Of a stretch of 64,000 nt of DNA, positions 52,301 to 63,095 are shown piece after piece. The number at the start of each line of letters is the position of its first letter. The first letter of the stretch is position 1. The stretch is from Podarcis vaucheri (lineage: Eukaryota): NCBI GenBank assembly GCA_965113315.1, contig OZ220368.1. One strand, 5' to 3'. Under the pieces are notes generated by a model. That model was not told the DNA's origin. It saw only the letters and a list, made by a program, of their open reading frames with translations, and made no database searches. A program made the position numbers and the translations under genes.

Positions 52301-55300
52301 AAGCTTTTGCATACCAGGTAGTTTTTGCATACCAGTGATGGGTATGATCAACTTGCACTGGCCAACAATTCTGACCCCTCCTCAGCTGGTATATGCAGCC
52401 AACAGAGAAGGGAAGTCATCACGTGCTCTCTGCTCATCAAATGATACGAGGGGGCAGGATGTATCCCCGTCAGGACAGTGGGCTTCACCTTCTCTGGCAC
52501 AGTGTCTACTTCAATGTTTTTCTTTTTCTGCAGCTATTAAAATTAGGTCGGGGGAAGAATAATATGCTTGGGGGGCAGATCAGGCCCCAGAACTGTGCGG
52601 TTACCTATGCCTGCTCTGTTTAGCTGTAAATTATATTTTAATCGTTACCTCGACCAATGTAGGCATATAAGTTTAGGAAGTATGTTAATTTTACAATGTG
52701 AAGCATGAAATAAATTGTCCCTTGTTTTTAGTTTTGTTTTGCAATCCACTCATCATATAGTATGAAGTTGTTGGGTTTATTTTCCTGCGCAGGCTGAGAA
52801 AGTCTTCTCTTTCTGTCCCTTGTTCACTCCTCTTTCCCCCCAACCAAAATCAATCTGTCTGGAGTGACTTCTTTTGCTATCTTTCTAGTGACATAAAGGG
52901 AACTGACAGGCTTAGCCCAGAGTGTGCCAGCAGGGTTATAAGTGTAACTGTTCTTGTATGCACGGCTTGATATGAAGAAATGGCAACAGGGCAGGCCAAG
53001 GCACTTTGACTGACACAGGTACAGCAATTCCTCCTCCTGCTTCACAGCACGGACCACGGCAAGACTCCACAAATCAAAGCCCATTACTGCTTCATTGCTG
53101 CAGCACATCAGAGGGCAAACTTGAAAGCTAGCTTGCAGGAGAACAGAAGTTCTCTCAGGTTATTCCTCCTGATAAAAGACACTGAATTATTTAGCATGCA
53201 TTATGGAAAAATTAAGAAACAGAGCTGCAGTATGAAAGATCAAGGCAGTTTCAGAAGCACTTATCCCAGGCAACCAAACCTACTCATGGATACAACACGC
53301 ACTTTTTTTTTTTACCTTGAGGGAAAGTAGTGAGTACTTAATACAGTTGCTTTCTTCAGACCGCATTGTCAGTGGCGTTACATATCGTATTTTTCACTCT
53401 ACAAGACGCACCAGACCATAAGACGCACCTAGTTTTTGGAGGAGGAAAACAAGAAAAATATTCTGAATTCCAGAAGCCAGAACAGCAAGAGGGATCACTG
53501 TGCAGCGAAAGCAGCGATCCCTCATGCTGTTCTGGCTTCTGGGATAGCTGCGCAGCGTGCATTCACTCCATAAGATGCACACACACTTCCCCTTACATTT
53601 TAGGAGGGAAAAAGTGAGTCTTATAGAGCAAAAAATACGGTACTTCTAGTATTTTGGGGGGTCAATCACCCAGAGAGAGTGGAGCGGCCTAACTAGAAGA
53701 CTTTAGGGCAGTAACTCCCTTACCCACCCACCCTGTAACTTAAGCATTACAGTCACACTTACCTTAAGGGTTTTGCTTGACTGCAATATGTCTTTAAACT
53801 CTGGTAATGTTTCCTTAGATAGAAAGTAGCTAGTGTCCAAAATCAATTGCTCTGCCTACTTTTGCCGTTGGACCCATCTGACACTGGAATATTCCCCCCC
53901 CCCCCGGGAATATTCACGTGATCCATATGCGTTTAAGTAGTTAGGAGTTGGGTTATTTACCCTGCCCTGCATGGTTTCACAGGGATTCTGTCCCTTTCAG
54001 GATACATTTGAAGTCTGGATTAGTCTTTTAAACAAAGGGTAATCTGGCATCACCACCCTAGAACCTTTAATCGAAATTTCCCCAAGATTATTGTAAATGG
54101 TGCTGCTATTTTAAAGTTTATTTTCCATTTTTTCTTTTAAAAATGTTGCAAATCTAGCAATACAGGACATAATAGTTAGCCCCATGTTATTGGCTTTCAT
54201 CATGACCAGTTTTCTTGCAACAAGGCTGGTTTTGCCTTTTGAAAGGCTTCCTAGTCCTATTTTCTCTGCTGCAGTCATACTAGGGCCCTGCCCAATATTA
54301 CTAACTCAATCAAAACACACCTCCAGCTTTGTATCCCAAGCAATTCTAGTTTGCAGGATCTGCTGTCCTTCCTCCCCAAGAGAGACTACTGTTGCACACC
54401 CTACACTCCCATTTAAATAGGACTGCAGATTGATTTAATATGCTGCTCATCAGAGACAAAGTGCCCATCATTCATTAAAAATGCATGACTAGTGGATCAG
54501 GCAAAATTCCCAGTCTCCTCGTTAAACCAGCACATTTACAAACACTGTTTAAGAACACATTTAAACAAACGGAAATTAATGGCACATAATGTTTTCTGCC
54601 ACATAGCAGCGGTGTCAATATCCGCACAATCCGCAATTTTTAGGTAAACCACTCCTTCAGTACTTCAGCTAGAAAGGTTTTTATGCAGCTAATCGAAGCT
54701 GGAGACCCTGATCATTGTGCCTTGAAAAACCATCTTTGCTTCGTCCTCTTTCCAGACAGCAAGTCTGTTTTCAGAGAAAGATTCCAGCAAGGTTTTCTTT
54801 TTTCTTTTTTGCTTCTTAGAAATTGCTTTTGTAGGCAAATTCACCAAATATCTTCATGACCAAATGTGGACTTATGAAACAAGGCCACACACTGTCTAAA
54901 CTTCATCCTTTCAGCTCACATATTTGCAGCGATTTGCACCGCACTGAATCCAATTATGCTGCTTCAGCCCATGGAAGCAAAAAAATAAAAAAAAAAAAAT
55001 GCTAAGCTGAACTATGAAGACATAAAGAACAGAAGTGGGAGGGACAACAACCAGAAGAAGTCTTTCTGCAGTTTGGTTCAAAAATGTTGCCTCTGGGGAC
55101 AGGAATGTGTGAACCGTCATTAAAAGATTTATTCAGCATTATGTCACTGCCACATGGAATGCCTTCCTTTTTTTACTAACAGTGGCTTGGTGAATATAAG
55201 CACAAGCATAAGTCCCCCCCCCCCCTTAAAAAAGGTTCATCTGTAAATGCCTCATAACAACAGCAGTGAAATCTCAGCCCAAAGGTTTGGCTGCAAGAGA

Positions 55301-58300
55301 TGCCAATGGGGGGAAATGGGATTGCTTAGAGTCTCTCATTAGAGACAATGAGTTAAACTGCTAGTGCACACAGTCAGGTAGTTTATGTCCTTGCACATTA
55401 TGAAGTATTTGAGCAGGAGTGAAAGACAGTATAAGGAGAGGAACAGGTGCACTGGCAAACTGAGGACAGCTGCAAGTTCTTTCATGACTGAGTCAAGGAA
55501 CTGCAGTTTACTCAGAGGCCTCACCCATTTATCCACAAGCCAATCCCTATAAACAGACTTTCCGCAGGCTGAATTCTCACAAGCAGAGAAGCCAGTGCTG
55601 GGAACCCTGTGTTTGGGCTGTACCACATCAGACGGCAGGTGGTGACTCAAAACATGGCTGTTAGCCTTTGGAAATGGCTATGTCCATCTTGGAATTTTTA
55701 TAGGTGGGCTTGGCAATTTCACATTTCTTTTCTTTTACCTGCTTTCATATTTTGTTTGATCTGTAATAATTCTTATTGTGCCTTGCTCCAAGCTCTAATG
55801 ATGAAAGGCAGAATATAAATAAATCAGTGCTCCTCGGTACAAATGGATTCTCTCCTTAACACATACACAAGAGGGAGAAGGGATATAATCTTAAATCCCC
55901 CCCTAACATGGCTTTTCACATCCAGGGATATATATTTAAAATCAGCCCAGCGCAAGCTTATGATTTTGACTGGGAGAACCAAGCCCCATTTCCACCTTGC
56001 AAATCATGATTTGCTCTGTAGAGACATTACCCTCAAATGGTTTTCCTTGTCACTTATATAGCTTGGTTGTGATATGGCTAAACATATAGTAGTCATGCCC
56101 ACTGATACCCACTGAAGGGCCACAAAAACGGTGGGGGGGGGATTCCGATATGCTTCATTACCACTAGACAACTCTGCCTTTGGGCTACCATATAAAACAG
56201 ACCCTCTTCTATGCATCAATCAGGGTCTTGGTAACCTTTAAAGCAAATTTCTAGGCTTTAGGGTTGTTTGAAGGTGTGATAGCAAAAGTTTACAACATTG
56301 TCCACAGTATCAAACAAGCTGCCATCTCCTGGCCTCAATGCAAACAAACAACAACAACAACACACTTTAGAGTAATCAAAGTACTTCACATACTCTCTAA
56401 AGCAAATTTTTCAACAGGCCTGGGAAATAAGCCAGCATTTATATTTCTACATAATGGAATAGGTGGTGTGCCTAAGGATATCCATGGGTTTATGAGATAA
56501 AGTGAGTTTTTAAACGAGGAATCAAGCAGACCCCTCTTTACAACGCTTTTCACCTTCTCATCTTTTAGCACGAAACAGGTGAGGAACCTGTAGCTCTCAC
56601 TGGTTGACTCTCATCAGTCCCACGGTCAATGGTCAGAGATGATGATAAGCACAGTCCAGCAGTATTTGGAGAGCCACAAGTTTCCCATCCCTCGTGTAAA
56701 GTGAACCAGTGTACCTTTTACTGTTACAACAAGCCCTTTCAAAGTACAGTAGAACCAAGAACATAGTTGCAGAGTCCGTAACTAATGTGACTAGGATAGC
56801 AATATTGATATTTTATTTCAGGGTTTTTAAAGGTAATCTGACAGCATGTTCAGAGACCCCTCATGTAGCTTTTATCTGGTCATGCCTGTATCTTATTTGC
56901 CACAGGTTGTGCAGCTTTTTGTGGGGGAAGGGGGACAGGTAATTCTGAACCTTTTTGAACAAAATTCTGCTCAGACATAAGATATACAGTATATTGCACT
57001 AAACTTGTTGGTAATCACCCTAGTAAAAATTAAGTGTGTGGGTGGGGGGGGGGGAGAGAGAAGGAGAGTCCATTAACTCTTGCATCTTGTCTGTTAGTTG
57101 AATTAGGAGTACAATTTAGAGCTATCTTTTCCTATCTGGTTTCAATATTAATGCCTCAAATCTGCAGTGCGTTTTCTGTAGCCACATGTAAAGTAGTTTG
57201 AGGGGGTGAGCTGGATAAGATTTCCTACCAGAAATGAATACCGTATTTGCTAAAGACAGAAATTATTTTTTGAAAATTAATTGGCTGCACCAGTGTTGTG
57301 GAATACCATGCTTTGCGAAGTGCAGATGGGTTCCTCTACCAGCCAGCAAAAGCCACAGATGTTTTTTCATAGTGGAAAGCAGTGTTATTTGTGACGGTCA
57401 TTTTTACCTGTCATCTCCAACACGGCTGCCTTTTAAACGTGTTTAAATGTGTAATTTGTGTATTTTTATTGCTGTGTTACATTTTTTATTGCACTGTGAT
57501 TTTAAATTTTGTAAGCCAATTTAAATGGTTCATGGGCTTTAAAAAGACAAATGTTTATATGGGTAACAACTAATACAGAATTGGTAAGCTACGTTAGAAA
57601 ACAGTTCATATAGCAAGATGAACCAGCCTTTGAAAATCTACAACAAGCCTTCTTGCCTTTTCTGTTGCCCCGCATGACAACAATTTGCTAAAATGCACAT
57701 GGGTACAGACTTCAGTACTGTATAAGCAAAGGGCTCTCGTAAAAGCCTTCCCTCCCATTGCTTCTCTATCCACACAACACAAGTTAGGGCAACATTGCAT
57801 CAGTTTTCCCAGGAGTTCACTGTTGTGTCCTTCCCCAACTTTACCAAATTTCTCTCAGCCAGAAAAAGTTGTAGGACACCACCAGCTGAAGAATACCAAC
57901 ACCAAAATTTAGAAGAGGAATGGAATACAATGCATGAGACCATGAGTAGGTTTTTAAAAATAATATGTGTTACATATGCCAGCCGGAACTTAGTTTTACT
58001 CAAAACTGACTCAATGAATGAACATGACGTTGGTTCATTAATTTCAATGGGTCCACTCTGAGTAAAACTTGAATACGGTACTGCTTTAAGTATCCTGAAC
58101 TTTTGGATAAACCTATCACTCAATGTCACCAATTTAGTTTCAGGCAAAAGTAGTAACTCTACCTGCAGAGTGGCACAACACACCAATATCACTTTATGAC
58201 TGCAACAGTCTCCTCAAAGTATCTATCTACCAAAATATATAAACCAGCCTTTTACTGCTTAGGAATCACCAGGCAGTTTCCAACATAGTGTGGAATTCAA

Positions 58301-61054
58301 TATCATGCACTTCAAACCATTTTGACTGTGTATGAAATTATCCCCCCTCTTTCCCTCCTGCATGCTATTCTGAGGGTTCTCTCAACTCCCCTCAAATCCA
58401 ATTGCAGGGTAGGAGAGTGCAGAAAGCCCCACTGCAAAAGCTGAAGTCAGACAGAGCTTCTTTGGCTAACTCTGCCCATTATATCTCAACACATGATGCA
58501 ATAAAATACAATGTACAGCAGCAATGAGATAACTACTAACCCCCATTCAAATGCTGACCTAGCTTGACTCCACTTAGTTTACAAGTCTGACAAAGTTTTA
58601 AGTTTAGCTTCAATTGTACCATTTCTATAGTATTTCTACCAAGTGTTCAGATTCTCAACAAGGGATGACTATTCAACCATGTGTAAGCAGACTTCCTCCC
58701 CTCCTTAAAGCCCTTCTGCCTTCTGAAATTTGCTCCAGAGGGTTACCCAACTCTCCAGAGATGCGGAGAGTGCACAGAGGCTGTCCGAACACCCAGGTGG
58801 CTTGAGAAGCAGGGGTAAAATGAGGGCCCCAGCATGGAATCACAGAATTGTCAAGCTGGAAGGGACCACAAGAGTCACCAAATCCAACTCCCTGCAATGC
58901 AGGAATCTTTTGCCCAATGTGGCACTCAAACTCATGACCCTGAAATTAAGAGTCTCATGCTACATATGCTCTTTCTGCTAATTTTTCCTGGTCCTCAAGT
59001 ATTCTCTTGCACATAAGGTGTCAGGGCAAAAATGACTGCAGCTTTTGTCAGATTTAACATTTATGATATAAGGGACTTTCTGAAATTGCCTCTACTGACA
59101 TAAGGGACATCCAGTCCATTACACATGGCAATTATGCCACAAGGATTATTTGCCTATTCAGGCACACCACCTGGCTTCCTTACAGTAAGAATACACTCAG
59201 GTCCTTGAATTACTTTGCTTTGCATTCATACACAACAATAAAACCATTCTGCAAGCCCAGCGTCGCTTTAGCAATTCTCTACCTCCGGTGAGCATCTCAT
59301 GAAGAAAAGCCAGGCCAGGGATTACCAAGCAATAAAGTATTCTGGCCAATTAAGGACTCATTAGTTCAAAATAAGCAGCACTCCAGGCATACCTTCCTCT
59401 ATAAACAGAGTATGTCATTGCAACACCTTCTGCTGCCGTTGTCAAGAGGCTATTTTCTTTTGGGAACCAGTTCAGATAGGCAAGCCCTGGGGATGGAAAG
59501 GGCTGACTGCAAAGCAAGGACAGGTTTCCCTTCAGTAAAAGGGAGGAAATAGTTCACTAAGGAGAGAAAGAGAGAAGAGGCTCCAGACCTTTTTATGTCC
59601 CTTTATGCAGCTGTATACTGATGACAGAACAAGCAGTTTAATTTTAGCATCGTTTTATGTACTCAGGAATTTGTTTCATAATGAATAAAGATCTGGCAGG
59701 GTGGAAGATGTGTTCAACATAGGAGAGGAAAAATAAGCAAACCATATTTGGAAACTGAATTCCAAGGTGTGTTAGGACTGTAAAAACTTTACTCATAAAT
59801 CCACCGGCTAGTCTGCATGCATTCATTAATTCTGTCATATTATCATCATTTAAAGCTTTTTTTTAAAGTACTCTCTAATTTTGCAGTGCCTGAGCCACAT
59901 GCTTAAGAGCAAAATCACACTTTCAGATAACTGGGCATCTCAATGGAGAATTTCTTGTTCTATGAGGCACTGGTTTTTATATCTGTAATATATCGTTATA
60001 TCTGCTTAGGGCTCCTTAAGAAATCCCTAATGAGTTCATTTCCTGTAAGTTCTTTCAGTTCTACAAGGGAAAGAGGGTGTCCTTTCATGTCACCTTTCCT
60101 ACTACTTTGTGGCTTTAGGCAGTATGTGATGTGAAGAAGCCTTAAATCAGCAGTTTTCCCCCAACCCATTAAGAAAACCCTGTTTCCTAGGAGCCTTCAG
60201 CAGCAATCTGCGACAGGACACATCTCAATCACAACTGTACAGGTTTGCACAGTTTGTGGCCAGACAATTTTTATGTCACACACATGGAAAATATCAGAAC
60301 TTTTAGTACCATTTTTTTATATTAAAAAGATAACACAAATGCTCAACTAACAGCAGTGCTATTAAGGAAAAACTAGATGATTAACCCCCAATCTGTGTCT
60401 TTTCATTACTCAAGCAGACACAAATGCACATATGGCTCACGTTTAGTCTGGGATGGCATAAATATAGGAAAGTGATTTCATATCCTGTCATGATCTGGAA
60501 TGCCACGAGTAGACTAAATATATCTCAGCAAAAGTGACAACAATTTCTGATCAAGCACAGAGCCATGCAGTGGGGAGAACCGGGCATATGTGCCATCAAC
60601 CTCGCCTTCCCTCCCCCATTAATACAAGCCACTCAAGCTCAGGATTTAGCTGAAAATGCAACCGGATAGGCAGGAAAAAAGGGAAGCGGGTAAGCCATTG
60701 AAAAAAACCAAGCCTTTCCCACATCCAAGCAGCCTACCCTCAGCTCCCGCCCACTTACTCGGAGCACTTCTGTATCCGAAAGCAATTCGCTCACAACAGG
60801 AAATGGGAATGATTTTTTTTTCTTTTTTGCATTTAAAGGTCTACCAGCTAGAGCATTATGCGATATATGCACAGAACGAATGCATTCAAAATGACAGCCC
60901 GACAAACTGAAAACAATACAGGATATATATATGAAGCACAACCTTGAGCGGCCGCTTGCAAAGCCTTCCCGAGATTTGCATGCCATAATGGAAAAAAGCC
61001 CACACACAATTCGGTACACTCACATTGTTTAAATAGCTCCAGACACAAAGCCAT
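13093..61054 (-). CDS. DLGAP4: DLGAP4/SAPAP4 short isoform, complete spliced CDS: complement(join(13093..13311,14209..14361,14984..15075,16098..16507,16974..17065,20178..20539,61024..61054)), 1359 nt, 452 aa
   Basis: All six introns are GT-AG and their phases are consistent (1,0,2,1,0,0). The protein runs [40 protein letters not shown]...[13 protein letters not shown]. Exons of the long isoform (GK-binding repeats) were not seen and must lie beyond 64000. Confidence 0.9.
14209..14361 (-). CDS. DLGAP4: DLGAP4 exon, GKAP-homology (GH1) domain C-terminal part
   Basis: ttctctcAG|[51 protein letters not shown]|GTGAG; 153 nt, phase 0-0. Confidence 0.95.
14984..15075 (-). CDS. DLGAP4: DLGAP4 exon, GH1 domain
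   Basis: ttcAG|(V)[30 protein letters not shown]|GTGAG; 92 nt, phase 1-0. Too short to appear in the ORF track. Confidence 0.95.
16098..16507 (-). CDS. DLGAP4: DLGAP4 exon
   Basis: tctctttgtAG|(R)[16 protein letters not shown]...IKRNLSYGD...PPPDPWLE...[39 protein letters not shown]|GTTGGT; 410 nt, phase 2-1. Confidence 0.93.
16974..17065 (-). CDS. DLGAP4: DLGAP4 exon with the second dynein light chain (LC8) motif SIGVQVE
   Basis: Long T tract plus taataAG|[32 protein letters not shown]|GTAAGT; 92 nt, phase 0-2. Confidence 0.92.
18678..18770 (-). mobile_element. Fragment of a tRNA-derived SINE with CR1-type tail (Squam2/POM-SINE-like)
   Basis: gagttggaagggcccctgtggatcatctagcctaaccctctgcaatgcag, similar to the copies at 51340 and 58836. 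Confidence 0.6.
20178..20539 (-). CDS. DLGAP4: DLGAP4 exon (Pro-rich PPPVPPR; first LC8 motif SIGIQ)
   Basis: ctgtcgcAG|GT TCG GCA TGC: [37 protein letters not shown]...[11 protein letters not shown]|GTATGG; 362 nt, phase 1-0. Confidence 0.95.
21445..21606. mobile_element. Penelope-like element terminal fragments in inverted arrangement
   Basis: ctgatgaagtggaattatagttcttgaaagcttatactttaataaa...aaggtgtcacaa, preceded by an inverted partial copy (aagcttttgtgggctagagtcaacttcgtcag). Family assignment is from recall. Confidence 0.45.
25942..26110. mobile_element. Tc1/mariner-superfamily (Tc2-type, CCGTA termini) MITE
   Basis: TA|CCGTATTTTT...AAAAATACGG|TA, with an internal repeated ataacacgcac. 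Related to the copy at 53385. Confidence 0.85.
28583..28812 (+). mobile_element. Old tRNA-derived SINE (Squam3/MIR-like)
   Basis: A-box-like gtgtggtgtagt, B-box-like ggagacccagattcaaatcc, core ccatgaagttcactgggtg, and an A-rich end. Confidence 0.6.
29330..30030 (+). mobile_element. Degraded L2 LINE (RT C-terminal region)
   Basis: Remnants of YADDTQL (gcaactgacactcagc) and LNQCL..VMD.M.AN.LKLNPD, with many stops and frameshifts. Confidence 0.75.
31755..32009. mobile_element. Non-autonomous hAT MITE
   Basis: TIR CAGGGCyGTCTTA at both ends. Perfect 8-bp TSD gaagtgag at 31747-31754 and 32010-32017. Confidence 0.88.
32024..33049 (+). mobile_element. CR1 LINE 3' fragment (dead ORF2), interrupted by a Sauria SINE
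   Basis: [42 protein letters not shown]...[11 protein letters not shown], premature TAA at 32817-32819, and an (ATTCTATG)n tail. Confidence 0.93.
32152..32513 (+). mobile_element. Sauria SINE (divergent subfamily) nested in CR1
   Basis: Head acgcgggtggcgctgtggg and tail (ACCTTT)3. Perfect 13-bp TSD tattctgctctgg at 32139-32151 and 32514-32526. Confidence 0.93.
34733..34754 (-). CDS. Candidate 22-nt microexon (FLIPSDT-G in phase 0-1)
   Basis: gaggttttctgttgctttcttgctAG|TTTCTCATCCCGAGTGACACTG|GTAAGT: clean pyrimidine tract, consensus donor, and TGC motifs at -6 and -14. Confidence 0.4.
39600..40650 (+). mobile_element. Degraded L2 LINE (RT domain with internal deletions)
   Basis: Remnants of [30 protein letters not shown] and Y.D.TQL.FS (tatagtgataatactcagctt), plus a T-rich 3' tail. 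Confidence 0.7.
42061..42190. other. Assembly gap (130 N)
   Basis: Run of n. Confidence 1.
42236..42310 (+). mobile_element. CR1 extreme 3' end
   Basis: tcctgcttggcagggggttggactcgatggcccttgtggtctcttccaactctatgattctatgattctatgatt, identical over the shared span to the tails at ~1826 and ~32977. Confidence 0.85.
44025..44280. mobile_element. pogo/Tigger-type MITE
   Basis: TA TSD and a 22-bp TIR CAGTGGTGCCyyGCAAGACGAA (2 mismatches). Internal copies of ttcgtcttgcg; CpG-rich. Confidence 0.9.
45920..46745 (-). promoter_or_regulatory. Second intragenic CpG island, probable alternative DLGAP4 promoter
   Basis: About 800 bp of CpG-dense, non-repeat sequence inside an AT-rich intron. It carries several - strand donors (GAG|GTAGGC at 46493, GGG|GTGAGG at 46231, AGG|GTAAGA at 46022). 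An ETS site CCGGAAGT lies at 45733-45740. Confidence 0.75.
46022..46072 (-). CDS. Candidate alternative first coding exon of DLGAP4 ([17 protein letters not shown])
   Basis: tccATGG, 17 codons, then AGG|GTAAGA (phase 0). A CT-rich leader precedes it. Inference only. Confidence 0.35.
49511..50399. mobile_element. Non-autonomous hAT element (889 bp, TAGG termini)
   Basis: TAGGGCTGGGC...GCCCAGGCCTA. Perfect 8-bp TSD attgtgac at 49503-49510 and 50400-50407. No transposase ORF. Confidence 0.88.
51340..51467 (-). mobile_element. tRNA-derived SINE with CR1-type 3' tail (Squam2/POM-SINE-like)
   Basis: Minus strand: atagctcagttggttgagcat (A box)...gcaggggttggactagatgaccc...acaattctatg. Confidence 0.75.
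51795..51910. repeat. Degenerate copy of the abundant palindromic 'actacaactcccatc' MITE family (other copies at ~1022-1110, ~35330-35450, ~45190-45260, ~56575-56690, ~63590-63690)
   Basis: aaggctggggaacctttggcc...ggaactacagct...catctggagggcc...ccagccct; motifs shared with 4889-5022. Confidence 0.55.
53385..53640. mobile_element. Tc2-type MITE with an internal 31-bp-stem hairpin
   Basis: TA|tCGTATTTTT...AAAAATACGG|TA with repeated aagacgcac. Inverted arms at 53470-53500 and 53512-53542. Confidence 0.85.
58836..58962 (-). mobile_element. tRNA-derived SINE with CR1-type 3' tail
   Basis: gaatcacagaattgtcaagctggaagggaccacaagagtcaccaaatccaactccctgcaatgcaggaatcttttgcccaatgtgg..., same family as the copy at 51340. 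Confidence 0.7.
61024..61054 (-). CDS. DLGAP4: DLGAP4 alternative first coding exon of the short isoform ([11 protein letters not shown])
   Basis: gtcATGG (good Kozak context) ATG GCT TTG TGT CTG GAG CTA TTT AAA CAA T|GTGAGT; phase 1 joins T|GT to give Cys. It matches my recollection of the mammalian short-isoform start MALCLELLKQCSSCLV, and it sits at the edge of a CpG island. Confidence 0.88.
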
Positions 61055-61149
61055 GACACAAGATGGGGGGGGGGGGTAAAAAGGGAGAAAGAAGGGAAAG
61101 AGAGAGAGAGAGAGAGAGAAAAGAGAAGAGGAGACTGTTCTTCCTTTCG

Positions 61150-62345
61150 CCTTGAAAGCGAAGAGAAGGAATCGCACTACGGCAGAAGGGCAGAGCCGGG
61201 TTTCGCCCTGTTCACTGAGAAAAAACACACGACAACAACAACAGCGAGCAGCTCCCGGGCGAAGAAGGAGTGGACGACGGGCGAGAGACCAGAGCCGGGG
61301 CGGGCCTGCGGAGATCCGGGCCGCGGGCAGCGGCTGCTGGGCGACGATGGAACCGGCGCTGGAAAAAGACACAAAGTAACCGAGCCGCGCAAGCGAGCTT
61401 TGGCCGCGCACACTCACCCTCCTCCCTCACTCAGCCAGCCCCATCCGCTCCCGTTATGTACTTCCAAGGGGAGGAGCGTCGGGGGGCTGCGAAAGCCCCG
61501 GGTTCGCCACGCCCACCTTCGCCGGGCAGCGCCCGGAGACCGGAGGAGGCAGGCCCCGAAGGCGGCCAAGGGCTGCGGGCGGCGCGGCGCAAGGGCTGAG
61601 AAGACCGAGGAGGCCGGGCTGGAGGAGGAGGAGGAAGACACCCAGCCGCTCCCGACGGCGGGGGAAGGAAGCCTGGCCGGGGCTGCCAATGGCAGGAGAG
61701 GGGAGGGCGCTGCCGCGCCGCCCGGAGCCTCGTCGGCTGTGGCGAGGCGCGCAGGACGAGCCAGCCGCTCCTTGCAGCTCACGAGCGCCCTCCGCGAAAC
61801 CAGTTCCAGCTAGTATTCCGCACATGCTCACAAGGCGCCCATTCGCGCGCTGCCTGTCCCCCCCCCTTTTTTTGCGGGGAGGAGTATGTGTGTGTTGGGG
61901 GGGCGGAGAGATTTGGAGAGCGCGTGAAGGAGGTGGGGGCCGCGCGAGAGGCTCCTTCCCCCGCCGCGGCGGTAGGTGTGGCGCCCGAGTGGGCGCAGTT
62001 CTTGGCTCCCACCGGCGCCCCGCTACACGCGCGCGCCAGCTTCGCGAGGCTTCCTTCCCGCGGGGGCGGGGATGGGCGGGAAGGACGAGCAGATGGGCGA
62101 CAGGTGTGTCTGCGCGCGCGCCCCCGGGGAGGGGAAGGAAGGGGGCGCTTCCTGGCAGCGCGGCGAAGATGCCGGTGGCGGGAAGAATCGGACCGGCGGG
62201 GCGGAGGGAAGAACCACGCGCGGCTCCGAAGCAGCCCTGAAATAGCTCCGGATCTCGCCGAGGGATGCTTTCCATCTTTGGTTGCTTCGAGGACAGGCGC
62301 CCAGGGCAGGCTCCCCCCATCCCAGCTGCAGCTCCCACGCCATTT
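61150..62345 (-). promoter_or_regulatory. CpG island / internal promoter of the DLGAP4 short isoform
   Basis: Abrupt GC- and CpG-rich segment with GC boxes (GGGGCGG near 61900, 62063 and 62198), immediately 5' of the [10 protein letters not shown] exon. Confidence 0.85.
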
Positions 62346-62353
62346 GCTTCCAT

Positions 62354-62888
62354 CCTAGGAGCCAATTCGTGGGAGCTGAGATCCCATTGACTCCCCCCCC
62401 AATAAAGTATTTGAGGGGCCACCACCCCCGAGTTGATGGGTAAAAAGGTAAAGGGATCCCTCACCATTAGGTCCAGTCGTGGCCGACTCGGGGGTTGCGG
62501 CGCTCATCTCGCTTTATTGGCCGAGGGAGCCAGCATACAGCTTCCAGGTCGTGTGGCCAGCATGACTAAGCCGCTTCTGGTGAACCAGAGCAGCACACAG
62601 AAACGCTATTTACCTTTCCGCTGGAGCGGTACCTATTTATCTACTTGCACTTTGACGTGCTTTCGAACTGCTAGGTTGGCAGGAGCAGAGACCAAGCAAT
62701 GGGAGCTCACCCCGTCGCAGGGATTTGAACCGCCGACCTTCTGATCAGCAAGTCCTAGGCTCTGTGGTTTAACCCACAGCGCCACCGGGTTTTGCCATTC
62801 AAATGGTGTGTGTACACCACATTTTGTGTTTGATCATACAGGGTGGGGCTTATCTGCCCCCCATATTTTATTCAAGTTGGCACCCCTG
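62354..62888. mobile_element. hAT-like MITE split by a Sauria SINE
   Basis: Imperfect termini cctaggagccaa / ttggcacccctg, with 8-bp flanks gcttccat / ttttccat. The two halves join across the SINE at gggt. Confidence 0.55.
62442..62786 (-). mobile_element. Sauria SINE
   Basis: Highly similar to 7829-8179. A few 5' bases are missing, and gggt flanks both sides. Confidence 0.92.
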
Positions 62889-63095
62889 TTTTCCATCAAA
62901 ACCAAGGGCGGAGGATGGTGCCAGTTTCATTGTCCCCAATGATTGGCCTCAGCTCTGCGTGGATTAAATTTCAGGCACAGTTTTATGCCCTGTGGCTGCC
63001 CCTTCCTTGGGATAGCCTGAGGCTATCATTATTAAAATATTTTTGTACTAGCAGTTTATCTCTCGAGTTTATGGCAGGAGTAGGGAGCCTGTGAA

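Noticed and set aside
53886-53920. ggaatattcc-poly(C)-gggaatattcacgtg palindrome with an E-box
   Set aside because: Very short and centred on a homopolymer, with no supporting context.
61152-62467. Long overlapping ORFs (up to 337 aa) in the 61-kb island
   Set aside because: GC-rich sequence lacks stops in all six frames. The products are low-complexity Arg/Pro/Gly/Ala strings with no recognisable domain.
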